The notes under the pieces were generated by a model. It saw nothing but the letters and a program-made list of their open reading frames with translations, was not told the origin of the DNA and searched no databases. Of a DNA stretch of 64,000 nt, positions 27,182 through 35,719 are shown one piece after another. Every line of letters begins with the position of its first letter. Position 1 is the stretch's first letter. The position numbers and the translations under genes were made by a program. This DNA is from Nitrospirota bacterium (lineage in GTDB: Bacteria > Nitrospirota > Nitrospiria > JACQBW01): assembly GCA_016178585.1 (NCBI GenBank), contig JACOTA010000030.1, forward strand, positions 5,776 through 69,775, in the 5' to 3' direction.

Positions 27182-29368
27182 TTGATGAAGAAGAAAAGAA
27201 AAAACGAAATTAAAGGGGTTGTTTATTTCACCTTCACGTTATTCATTCTGACCAGCCTTGTCTCATACAATCCCCAGGATCCTTCCTTCACGACCTCGGA
27301 CGGCTTTTCCCCTTCGAACTTAATGGGTGTAACGGGAGCCTATGTGTCGGACGGATTCCTTTCGCTTTTTGGCGTTTCTTCGTACCTGCTCCCTTTGTAC
27401 CTCTTCATGTTTGGATGGAAAAAATTTAAAAACCTGGAAGAAGAACCCTTCTTTAATAAATGGAACTCCGCGGGAACAACCGGTCTTTTCTTCTCTCTCC
27501 CCGCCGTTTTGAATCTGTTGATTCCCAGGTGGCCCTCTTTTTCGGGTGAATGGATTATGGTTCGCGAAACGGGGGGACTGCTCGGAAAAATGGAAACGGC
27601 CCTTTTTATCCGGTATTTCGGAGCGCTCGGCAGTTATTTGATCTCCTTTTCTCTTTTCCTTCTATCGGTGATGTTTTTAACCCATTTTTCTCCCTGGACT
27701 TTTGGATCTCGACTCGCCGGAAATTGCTCCGCTTTTTTTAGCCGCGTTCGGAAATTTTTAGCCCTTTCTTTTAAAAGAACAAAAACCTTAAAGGAAAACG
27801 CGCGGCAGGCCGGAAAAAGCCTGTTACCCAGATCAAAACCTAAAATTATTGAAACGACGCCGGCCCGTTCTTTTCCAGAGAAAGAAGAGGCAAAACAGGA
27901 ACCCCTCCCTTTTTTACCCGCAAAAGGAGATTACCAGCTCCCTCCACTAACGCTTTTAGATGATCTGCCGGCGGTTCAGGAAAAAATGACTCAGGAAGAG
28001 TTGGTCTTAAACGCACAACTTTTGGAGAAAAAGCTCCTCGATTTCGGAATTGAAGGAAAAGTGGCCGCTGTTCATCCCGGACCGGTCATAACGCTTTATG
28101 AATTCGAACCTGCCCCGGGAATTAAGGTCAATAAAATCACCAATCTGTCGGATGATCTGGCTCTGGCCATGAAGGCCATGAGCGTCAGAATTGTCGCGCC
28201 GATTCCCGGGAAATCGGCGGTCGGGATTGAAATCCCCAACCGCGTCCGTGAAACGGTGTCTCTAAAACATTTGATTACGCCGAATATCACTTCTTCTATA
28301 AAACTTCCTTTGTACCTTGGAAAAGACATCTCCGGCCAGCCGGTCACGGCCGATTTCACGGAGATGCCGCACCTCCTGGTGGCCGGCGCCACCGGCTCGG
28401 GGAAAAGCGTCGCTTTAAATGCCATGGTGCTTAGCCTGTTGTTTTCCACCCGTCCAGGCGATTTGAAGATGATGATGGTTGACCCAAAAATGCTGGAACT
28501 TACCACCTATAACGATATTCCCCATTTAATTAAACCTGTCATTACGCAGCCCCGCGAGGCCGCGAAAGGATTGCAGGAAGTCGTCATGGAAATGCAAAGA
28601 AGGTATCGGATTCTGGCGGAAGCCGGAGTGCGTAATATCGAGGGTTATCGGAGGCTCAAACCCGCCCAGAAAAAAAGGCCGCCAAAACCCGATGGAACCG
28701 ACGGATCTCTTCCGGAAATCATGCCGTACCTGGTCGTTATCATCGATGAACTGGCCGATTTGATGATGACCTCTCAGCGGGAAGTCGAAGATTCCATCGG
28801 CCGGCTGGCTCAAATGGGAAGAGCCTCGGGAATCCATTTGCTTCTGGCCACGCAGAGACCTTCCGTGGATGTTTTAACGGGTGTGATCAAAGCCAACTTT
28901 CCGGCCCGTATTTCTTTCCAGGTTTCCTCTAAAACCGATTCGAGAACGATCCTGGACGCAAATGGCGCCGAACAGCTCCTTGGGAAAGGGGACATGCTTT
29001 TTCTGGTGCCTGGAACCGGCAGAATTACGAGGATTCATGGCCCGTACGTCAGCGAGGAAGAAATTAAAAAGGTGGTTTCTTTTATCAAGGCTCAGGAAAA
29101 ACCGGATTATGAAGCATTTAAACTTCCTTCGGTCGCCGAACAGGATAAGATTAACGGGATCGAAGAAAGGGACGACCTTTATGAAAAGGCCAGGGAACTT
29201 GTCATCACAACGGGCCAGGCTTCTGCGTCCCTGATCCAAAGAAGGTTGAGAGTCGGGTATCCACGAGCGGCCAGGATGATTGAAATGATGGAGGAAGATG
29301 GTATTGTCAGCCCGATTAAAGGCGGAAAACAGCGGGAAGTTTTAATTAAAAAAGATTCGGATGAATAG
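27182..29368 (+). CDS. ftsK: DNA translocase FtsK
   Basis: 728 aa; N-terminal TM helices, Walker A GATGSGKS, Walker B IIDELADLMM, gamma winged-helix SLIQRRLRVGYPRAARMIEMME. TTG at 27182 or ATG at 27185. Confidence 0.94.
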   Translation: MMKKKRKNEIKGVVYFTFTLFILTSLVSYNPQDPSFTTSDGFSPSNLMGVTGAYVSDGFLSLFGVSSYLLPLYLFMFGWKKFKNLEEEPFFNKWNSAGTTGLFFSLPAVLNLLIPRWPSFSGEWIMVRETGGLLGKMETALFIRYFGALGSYLISFSLFLLSVMFLTHFSPWTFGSRLAGNCSAFFSRVRKFLALSFKRTKTLKENARQAGKSLLPRSKPKIIETTPARSFPEKEEAKQEPLPFLPAKGDYQLPPLTLLDDLPAVQEKMTQEELVLNAQLLEKKLLDFGIEGKVAAVHPGPVITLYEFEPAPGIKVNKITNLSDDLALAMKAMSVRIVAPIPGKSAVGIEIPNRVRETVSLKHLITPNITSSIKLPLYLGKDISGQPVTADFTEMPHLLVAGATGSGKSVALNAMVLSLLFSTRPGDLKMMMVDPKMLELTTYNDIPHLIKPVITQPREAAKGLQEVVMEMQRRYRILAEAGVRNIEGYRRLKPAQKKRPPKPDGTDGSLPEIMPYLVVIIDELADLMMTSQREVEDSIGRLAQMGRASGIHLLLATQRPSVDVLTGVIKANFPARISFQVSSKTDSRTILDANGAEQLLGKGDMLFLVPGTGRITRIHGPYVSEEEIKKVVSFIKAQEKPDYEAFKLPSVAEQDKINGIEERDDLYEKARELVITTGQASASLIQRRLRVGYPRAARMIEMMEEDGIVSPIKGGKQREVLIKKDSDE

Positions 29369-29386
29369 ACGCATAAAGGACAAAAA

Positions 29387-30046
29387 ATGATTCAGGGACT
29401 GTTACTCATCTTTCTGGCACTTTTTCCATTTCAAGCTGTTGGCGAACCCCTTCCTCTCGACGTGTTAATCTCAAAGATTCAGAGCGCTTATGAAAACCTG
29501 AAAGATCTCCAGGCCTCCTTTGAACAGGAAACGGTGATCCAGGATTTTAAGACGCCGGTTAAATATACGGGAGACCTTTTTTTAAAAAAAAGAGATAAAA
29601 TGAAACTGGTTTATCGTCATCCGAAAAAAGAGGAACTCTTTATCAACGGGAACCAGCTTATCACCTACCTGCCGGATCAACATCAGGCCATTAAGGGAAT
29701 TTTTTCAAAGGACCAGGAGTCCAAACTTCCAGTTCGGCTGCTATCGGGAGAAGCCATTTTGGGTAAAGAGTTTAACATTACCCGCCAGGAAGCGAAACAT
29801 TCAACCGGGTACGAGCTCCTCCTCATCCCGAGGCAAAAAGATGAAAACCTGGAAAAGATTGAAGTTAAAATCGACCCTTCCACTTACCTGATTCAAAAAC
29901 TTCGTTTGGTTCAGACCAACCAAAATTCATCTTCGTTTTCCTTTTCAAAGGCTCAGGTTAATCCGGGGCTTAAAGACCCGCTGTTTACTTTTACTCCTCC
30001 GGAAGGGACAGAAATTATCCAGGCGTTTCCGCCCTTGAACAAGTAA
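29387..30046 (+). CDS. lolA: Outer-membrane lipoprotein carrier protein LolA
   Basis: 219 aa with signal peptide; LolA-like beta-barrel sequence pattern; conserved ftsK-lolA adjacency. Confidence 0.8.
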   Translation: MIQGLLLIFLALFPFQAVGEPLPLDVLISKIQSAYENLKDLQASFEQETVIQDFKTPVKYTGDLFLKKRDKMKLVYRHPKKEELFINGNQLITYLPDQHQAIKGIFSKDQESKLPVRLLSGEAILGKEFNITRQEAKHSTGYELLLIPRQKDENLEKIEVKIDPSTYLIQKLRLVQTNQNSSSFSFSKAQVNPGLKDPLFTFTPPEGTEIIQAFPPLNK

Positions 30047-30058
30047 AGCCACTCTTTG

Positions 30059-31051
30059 ATGAATATGATTACGGTGAAACATTTGAGAAAAGAGTACCGG
30101 TTAAAAAACCGGGTCGTCCTCGCGGTCAAGGACCTCTCTTTCACGGTGCAAGCCGGCGAAGTGTTTGGCTTCCTGGGACCCAACGGCGCGGGGAAAACCT
30201 CAACCATCAACATGCTCTGCACTTTACTCAAACCTTCCGGCGGAGAAATTTTTTTAAACCAATTTAACGTGGTTGAATTTCCTCACGCGGTCCGGAAATC
30301 AATTGGCGTTGTTTTTCAGGACCCGAGCCTGGACGAAAAACTCACCGCCTGGGAAAACCTGGACTTTCATGCGCGGTTATACAATATCCCGAAAAAACTA
30401 AAAATAGAGCGAATGGCGATGCTGCTGAAACTCACTGGCCTTGAAGAGAGGAAAAATGATCTCATCAACACTTTTTCAGGGGGGATGAAGCGGCGTCTGG
30501 AAATTGCCCGGGGCCTCCTCCACTTCCCCAGAGTTCTTTTTTTAGACGAACCGACGCTGGGGCTGGACCCTCAAAGCCGGGCTCATATCTGGGGCTACAT
30601 CCACGAGCTCAAGGAAAGGGAAAATCTGACCATTTTTTTAACAACCCATTACATGGATGAGGCGGAACATTGCGGCCGGATTGCCATTATGGATCATGGA
30701 GAGATGATCGCCCTCGAAACGCCTCACGATTTAAAGAAGAAAACCTCAGGTGACCACGTCCTTTTTAAAACCGCCGATGCAGAAAAGGCAAAGAAATTTA
30801 TCGAAGAAAAATACCAGCTTGAGGTGACGGAAGAAGACGGATCCCTTTTATTTGAAATCGGAATGGGGGAAGAATTTCTTCCCCGCTTTATAAAAGAGGC
30901 CCCCTTTGAAATTACCTCTATTAATGTCCGGCGTCCAACCCTGGATGACGTTTTTTTAAATTTAACCGGCCACAGCATCCGTCCGGAAGATGCTGACCGA
31001 AGAACCCTCATGAGGGCCAGACACCGCATCAAAGGGCGGCGCTTGGAATGA
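30059..31051 (+). CDS. ABC transporter ATP-binding protein (DrrA/ABC-2 type)
   Basis: Walker A GPNGAGKTST, signature FSGGMKRRL, Walker B LFLDEPT; 4-nt overlap with the downstream permease gene. Confidence 0.92.
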   Translation: MNMITVKHLRKEYRLKNRVVLAVKDLSFTVQAGEVFGFLGPNGAGKTSTINMLCTLLKPSGGEIFLNQFNVVEFPHAVRKSIGVVFQDPSLDEKLTAWENLDFHARLYNIPKKLKIERMAMLLKLTGLEERKNDLINTFSGGMKRRLEIARGLLHFPRVLFLDEPTLGLDPQSRAHIWGYIHELKERENLTIFLTTHYMDEAEHCGRIAIMDHGEMIALETPHDLKKKTSGDHVLFKTADAEKAKKFIEEKYQLEVTEEDGSLLFEIGMGEEFLPRFIKEAPFEITSINVRRPTLDDVFLNLTGHSIRPEDADRRTLMRARHRIKGRRLE

Positions 31052-31818
31052 ACCAAAATTTAAACGGGATTTATATCATTTGGCTGAGAGATGTCCGGAA
31101 ATTTTTCCGCGACAAGCCAAGAATGATCGGCGCCACCGTTCAACCCGCGTTATATCTGCTCATCCTGGGGACGGGTCTAAGCCGGGGTTTTGGCTCTTTG
31201 AATACAGGCTTTGGCAAACCCGGTCAGGACTACCAGCACTTTATTTATCCCGGCGTCATCGCGATGACGCTTCTCTTTACCTCAGTCTTTTCGGCCATCT
31301 CCATCGTCTGGGATCGGGAAGTCGGTTTTTTAAAAGAAGTCATGGTAGCGCCAATTTCAAGATGGGCTGTCACCGTTGGGAAAACTTTGGGGGGCAGCAC
31401 AGTCTCCATGTTCCAGGGTTGTCTCATGCTTGTTTTCGCCCCCTTGATCCGGCTTCATCTTCCGTGGATGACGATTTTAGAGCTCGTTCCGGCCATGTTT
31501 TTTGTCTCATTTATCCTCACCTCCATGGGAATCGCGATTGCCACCAGGATGAAAAGCATGCAGGGCTTTACTTTAATTACCAATTTTATAATGCTTCCCA
31601 TGTTCTTTTTAAGCGGGGCCATGTTTCCGATCCAAAATCTACCTCCCTGGATGGACCTCCTTACCACGATAGACCCTCTCACTTATGGCGTTGAAATCTT
31701 AAGAGACCTCATGATCGGCGAAAGCTTTCATCCGCTTTTTTTTAATATAAAAATACTGGCATTCTTTGGGCTGATCATGTTAACATCAGGTATCAAAGGT
31801 TTTTCCAAAACAGAATAA
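31048..31818 (+). CDS. ABC-2 family transporter permease
   Basis: 256-aa, roughly six-helix membrane ORF, translationally coupled to the ATPase. Confidence 0.88.
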   Translation: MNQNLNGIYIIWLRDVRKFFRDKPRMIGATVQPALYLLILGTGLSRGFGSLNTGFGKPGQDYQHFIYPGVIAMTLLFTSVFSAISIVWDREVGFLKEVMVAPISRWAVTVGKTLGGSTVSMFQGCLMLVFAPLIRLHLPWMTILELVPAMFFVSFILTSMGIAIATRMKSMQGFTLITNFIMLPMFFLSGAMFPIQNLPPWMDLLTTIDPLTYGVEILRDLMIGESFHPLFFNIKILAFFGLIMLTSGIKGFSKTE

Positions 31819-31873
31819 AACGTAACAAAATACAAGAATAATTGTTTTCACAGGCAGGTATAGGAATAAAACT

Positions 31874-32365
31874 ATGGCAGATCAGAATTCATTTGATATT
31901 GTCTCCAAGGTGGACCTCCAGGAATTAAAAAATGCCATCGACCAGGCGATGAAAGAGATCCGTCAACGGTTCGATTTTAAAGACAGCATCAGTGATATCA
32001 CCCTTGAAAAAGAGGAGATGACCATCACCTCCGACGATGCTTATAGACTAAAAAGCGTTATCGATATTTTCCAGTCAAAATTGATTAAACGGAATATCTC
32101 GCTAAAGGCGATGGTTTACGGAAAACTCGAAGAGGCCCTTGGAAAAACAGTGCGGCAAAAAGTTACCCTGCAACAGGGGATTCCCGTTGAGGCGGCAAAA
32201 GAGATGATCAAAGAAATTAAAAATTCCAAACTTAAAGTCCAATCCCAAATTCAGGCGGATCAAGTTCGGGTTTCAGCGAAAAGCAGGGATGATTTGCAAA
32301 GTGTTATCGCTCTCTTAAAGAAAAAGGACTTTGGAATTGATATGCAATTTACCAACTTCAGGTAA
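31874..32365 (+). CDS. yajQ: YajQ-family nucleotide (c-di-GMP)-binding protein (UPF0234)
   Basis: 163 aa; N-terminus [33 protein letters not shown] is characteristic of YajQ. Confidence 0.88.
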   Translation: MADQNSFDIVSKVDLQELKNAIDQAMKEIRQRFDFKDSISDITLEKEEMTITSDDAYRLKSVIDIFQSKLIKRNISLKAMVYGKLEEALGKTVRQKVTLQQGIPVEAAKEMIKEIKNSKLKVQSQIQADQVRVSAKSRDDLQSVIALLKKKDFGIDMQFTNFR

Positions 32366-32415
32366 ATCTTATTTATAAAATTAACAACGAAACCTTTTAA
32401 AAAGGAAGACTTCAA

Positions 32416-33114
32416 ATGTCACAAAATATTTTAATTATTGAAGATGAAACTTTAGTATCCGACCTCATTATCACGATTTTGGTGAAGGAAGGGTATTATC
32501 CGATTCTGGCAAAAACGGGGGCTGAAGCTTTAAAAAAAATCTCACAGGTCGTTCCCGATTTAATTTTACTGGATATCGGTCTCCCCGATATGGAGGGCCT
32601 TGAAATCCCAAAATTTATCCGAAAATCCAAAAAAACGGCTGATCTTCCGATTATCATTATCACAGGCAGAAATACCTTAAAAGACCGCCTTTCCGGGTTT
32701 GAACATGGCGCGGATGATTACCTTGCAAAACCCTTTGAACCCCAGGAATTGGTCGCCAGGATCCGGGCCGTCCTTAAAAGAATCCCGGTTAAATCCAAGC
32801 AGCCGCAGACCCAAACAACCTATGGAGAAAAGTTATTCATGGATTCTGAGAAACACGAGGTCTGGCATGACGGGAAAGAGGTCTGGTTGACACCCAAGGA
32901 GTTCTCCCTTCTTGAATTTTTCATTAAACACATGGGCAAAGTTCAGTCTCGTCAGACCATTTTAAAAGAAATTTGGGGACATGTTTCTGACGATCCTACC
33001 CGAACGGTAGATGTTCATGTCCGAAGGCTCCGGGCGAAAATTCCCATTCTCGAAAATGATTTGATTACGATTAAACCCATGGGTTATAAACTCAGAGAGC
33101 CCGTTTTATCCTGA
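32416..33114 (+). CDS. OmpR-family response regulator (receiver plus winged helix)
   Basis: 232 aa; receiver with LILLDIGLPDMEG and KPF motifs, C-terminal Trans_reg_C (VDVHVRRLRAKI, GYKL). No histidine kinase gene is adjacent. Confidence 0.9.
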   Translation: MSQNILIIEDETLVSDLIITILVKEGYYPILAKTGAEALKKISQVVPDLILLDIGLPDMEGLEIPKFIRKSKKTADLPIIIITGRNTLKDRLSGFEHGADDYLAKPFEPQELVARIRAVLKRIPVKSKQPQTQTTYGEKLFMDSEKHEVWHDGKEVWLTPKEFSLLEFFIKHMGKVQSRQTILKEIWGHVSDDPTRTVDVHVRRLRAKIPILENDLITIKPMGYKLREPVLS

Positions 33115-33175
33115 AACTTTAGAATCGCTGAACAAAAAGAATCCTTACTCATACTGCGAAGGTTTAACCCAAACT

Positions 33176-33709
33176 ATGGGAAAAAATCGTTTTGTCAAAA
33201 AGTTTCTGGAATATGGACAAAGTTTACTTATTGCTTTTGTCCTTTCTATGGTGATTAAGGTGACCGTCGTAGAAGCTTTTGTTGTCCCGACCGGGTCCAT
33301 GGAACCAACCATCGCTATTGGGGACCGGTTTTTCAGCAACAAATTTATCTATCATTTCAGGTTGCCAAAAGAAGGTGAAATTGTCATTTTTACACCGCCA
33401 AGCCAGGCTACGGATAACCCGTCGATCCCTTTCGTGAAGCGTGTCATCGGGATCGAAGGAGACTCGATTGAAATTAAAGATGAAAAGGTTTACGTCAACA
33501 ACAGGCCGATTGACGAAAGTTATATCAAAGAACATCCCCGCTACCACATGGCACTGATTCAGGTTCCCAAGGATTATCTGTTTGTCCTGGGAGATAACCG
33601 GAATAACAGCCACGATAGCCATATTTGGGGATTGGTTCCTATGCAAAATGTAAAAGCCAAAGCCATGTTTCGTTTTTGGCCGTTTAATCGCATCGGATTC
33701 GTCTCTTAA
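33176..33709 (+). CDS. lepB: Signal peptidase I
   Basis: 177 aa; catalytic Ser box PTGSMEPT, Lys box VKRVIG, GDNRNNSHDSH box. Confidence 0.93.
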   Translation: MGKNRFVKKFLEYGQSLLIAFVLSMVIKVTVVEAFVVPTGSMEPTIAIGDRFFSNKFIYHFRLPKEGEIVIFTPPSQATDNPSIPFVKRVIGIEGDSIEIKDEKVYVNNRPIDESYIKEHPRYHMALIQVPKDYLFVLGDNRNNSHDSHIWGLVPMQNVKAKAMFRFWPFNRIGFVS

Positions 33710-33731
33710 ATTGAGAAAATGATTGAAAAAC

Positions 33732-33754
33732 CTGACCTGTTGAGAAGAGGTCAG
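33732..33754 (+). terminator. Hairpin after lepB, possible terminator or rnpB precursor element
   Basis: CTGACCT-9 nt-AGGTCAG stem-loop; no clean U-run follows, and rnpB begins a few nt downstream. Confidence 0.3.
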
Positions 33755-33760
33755 TTAAGA

Positions 33761-34213
33761 GATTAAGATAGCCCAGATGATCGCTCTCCCTTTTAAAGGT
33801 CAGATTAAGCTTTGCTTGATCTGACCGCGGGGTGTGGGGGCATTGGAAGCATTGCTTGCTGACAGGCCCCCACTTCTCATAGGGGAGAGAGGAAAGTCCG
33901 AACTCCACAGGGCATGGCGCTGGATAACATCCAGTCCTGGCAACAGGAAGGAAAGTGCAACAGAAAAAAAACCGCCTTTTTGAAAAAAGAGGTAAGGGTG
34001 AAAAGGCGAGTTAAGAGCTCACCGGCAGCCAGGTGACTGGCTGGCTTTGAAAACCCCGCCTGGAGCAAGACCAAATAGGGAAGCATGGGATGACCCGTCT
34101 AAAGCTTCCGGGTTAGGTCGCACGAGAAAACAGGTAACTGTTTTCCTAGAGAAATGATCATCGCCTGGGTCGCGTAACCGGGAACAGAATTCGGCTTATG
34201 GGCTATCTTAATT
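33761..34213 (+). ncRNA. rnpB: RNase P RNA, bacterial type A
   Basis: P1 pairing ATTAAGATAGCCC / GGGCTATCTTAAT, P2 GATGATC / GATCATC. Universally conserved GAGGAAAGTCCG, AGGGTGAAAAGG..GTTAAGAGCTCACC, ACAGAATTCGGCTTAT. Confidence 0.93.
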
Positions 34214-34253
34214 ACTTTTTTCTTCTTTTCCTCTCCATTAAAAGTCACCTATT

Positions 34254-34898
34254 ATGAAACAAAAAGAAACCTGGATTGGAACAGACGAATCAGGAAAAGG
34301 GGATTATTTCGGTCCACTCGTCATTGCCGGGGTCTGCCTCAATAAAAGTATCGGGGAAGACCTGGCCGCTTCAGGGGTTAAAGACAGTAAAAAAATGGCA
34401 GATAAAAAAATAATAGCGATGGCCCCTCTCATTCGTCAACGCGCGCTATCGGCGGAAGTGGTGGTCATTGGACCGGAAAAGTACAACGAACTTTATCAAA
34501 AAATGAAAAATCTCAACTCACTTTTGGCCTGGGGACATGCGAGGGTTATTGAAAATATTCTTTCCAAAGTCGACTGCCATTACGCTTTAACCGATCAATT
34601 TGGAGATAAAATAGTGGTTGAAAGGGCGCTCATGTCGCGGGGAAAACAGGTGACACTCGAACAACGGCCCCGGGCCGAAGAGGACATTGCCGTTGCGGCG
34701 GCCTCTGTGCTTGCCCGAGCGGAATTCCTGTCAAGATTAGAATCCTTATCCAGAAAGGAAGAAACGCTCCTTCCTCGAGGGGCGTCTGAACAGGTGATCT
34801 TGACGGCTAAGGGCTTTTTTAAAAAAAAAGGAATTGAGGGGCTGGGACGGGTCGCAAAACTCCATTTTAAAACAACTCAGGCTGTTTTAGGAAAGTAG
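34254..34898 (+). CDS. Type 2 ribonuclease H with an RNase HIII-type active-site motif, lacking an N-terminal domain
   Basis: 214 aa; GTDESGKGDYFGPLVIAG at residues 9-26 (the HIII-style DESGKGDYFGP rather than the HII-style DEAGRG). rnpB ends 40 nt upstream, so no longer N-terminus is possible. Confidence 0.8.
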   Translation: MKQKETWIGTDESGKGDYFGPLVIAGVCLNKSIGEDLAASGVKDSKKMADKKIIAMAPLIRQRALSAEVVVIGPEKYNELYQKMKNLNSLLAWGHARVIENILSKVDCHYALTDQFGDKIVVERALMSRGKQVTLEQRPRAEEDIAVAAASVLARAEFLSRLESLSRKEETLLPRGASEQVILTAKGFFKKKGIEGLGRVAKLHFKTTQAVLGK

Positions 34899-35602
34899 AT
34901 CTCCTGCCAATAAAGAATCCTGTAACAATGAGAACAGGTCAGCATCTTATCGTTTCTTTTAACTTCCGCAATAAGTTGAGGGGGAAGGTTCATGTGACAG
35001 CCCGGACAGGTGGTTCCATTTAATGCCAAAATAGCCGTTCCTTTTTTACTCGCCAGCAAGTGTTCGTACTGGGCCAGGATTTTTTTATTCGCCTGGCCTG
35101 AAACTTTTTTTCTCTCCTCTTCGAACTGGCTTTTTTCCTCCAACAGCCTGGAGATTTCTTTTTCAATTTCTTTAACCGTTTCCAGAAATTTTGTTTCCTG
35201 CTCTTTGAATTCGGCTTCGTGAAGAGCAGCTTCGTTTTTTAAAACTTCCATTTTATCCATCAAAAAAAGCACAACGTCTTCAAGAGCGCCAAGCCCTTTT
35301 TTCAAAGCATCGATTTCATTTAAATGAGCTTGATATTCTTTATTGTTTTTGATTTCTTTAAGATGGGATTGTGTTTTTTGGATCCCTTGTTCCTGAATCT
35401 CGGTTTCCTTCTCCTTTTCTTTTTTTTCTTTGGCGGTTTTTTCTAATTGGATTTGTATTTCGCGGAGTTTAATTTTGAGGGATTCAAGATTTTGTCCTTC
35501 TATTTCTATCTTTTTTTTATACTGCTGTTCTTTCTCATTAAACTTGGACAAGTGGGTATCAATTCTCTGCAGTTGAATTAATAGGCCCATTTCTTCATTC
35601 AC
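34877..35602 (-). CDS. Coiled-coil C4 zinc-ribbon protein (COG1579/DUF164-like)
   Basis: Long heptad-rich helical region then CPGCHMNLP...CSHCYRILY. Start taken at GTG 35602, 8 nt after AAGGAG; the track ORF starts at TTG 35623. Confidence 0.8.
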   Translation of the reverse strand: MNEEMGLLIQLQRIDTHLSKFNEKEQQYKKKIEIEGQNLESLKIKLREIQIQLEKTAKEKKEKEKETEIQEQGIQKTQSHLKEIKNNKEYQAHLNEIDALKKGLGALEDVVLFLMDKMEVLKNEAALHEAEFKEQETKFLETVKEIEKEISRLLEEKSQFEEERKKVSGQANKKILAQYEHLLASKKGTAILALNGTTCPGCHMNLPPQLIAEVKRNDKMLTCSHCYRILYWQEIYFPKTA

Positions 35603-35637
35603 CGGATAAGCTCCTTTCAACAAAAATTAAAAATTGA

Positions 35638-35711
35638 TGGGCCCACCTGGACTCGAACCAGGGACCAACCGGTTATGAGCCGGTAGCTCTAACCAACTGA
35701 GCTATGGGCCC
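35638..35711 (-). tRNA. tRNA with CAU anticodon: elongator tRNA-Met, or tRNA-Ile2 if lysidine-modified
   Basis: 74-nt cloverleaf on the minus strand: GGGCCCA-TA-GCTC-AGTTGGTTA-GAGC-T-ACCGG-CTCATAA-CCGGT-TGGTC-CCTGG-TTCGAGT-CCAGG-TGGGCCC-A. A G1-C72 pair excludes an initiator; CCA is not encoded. Confidence 0.92.
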
Positions 35712-35719
35712 GGAAACAT

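Noticed and set aside
33684-34086. Minus-strand ORFs 33684-33908 and 33877-34086
   Set aside because: They overlap the RNase P RNA gene, whose conserved helices and motifs fully explain the sequence.
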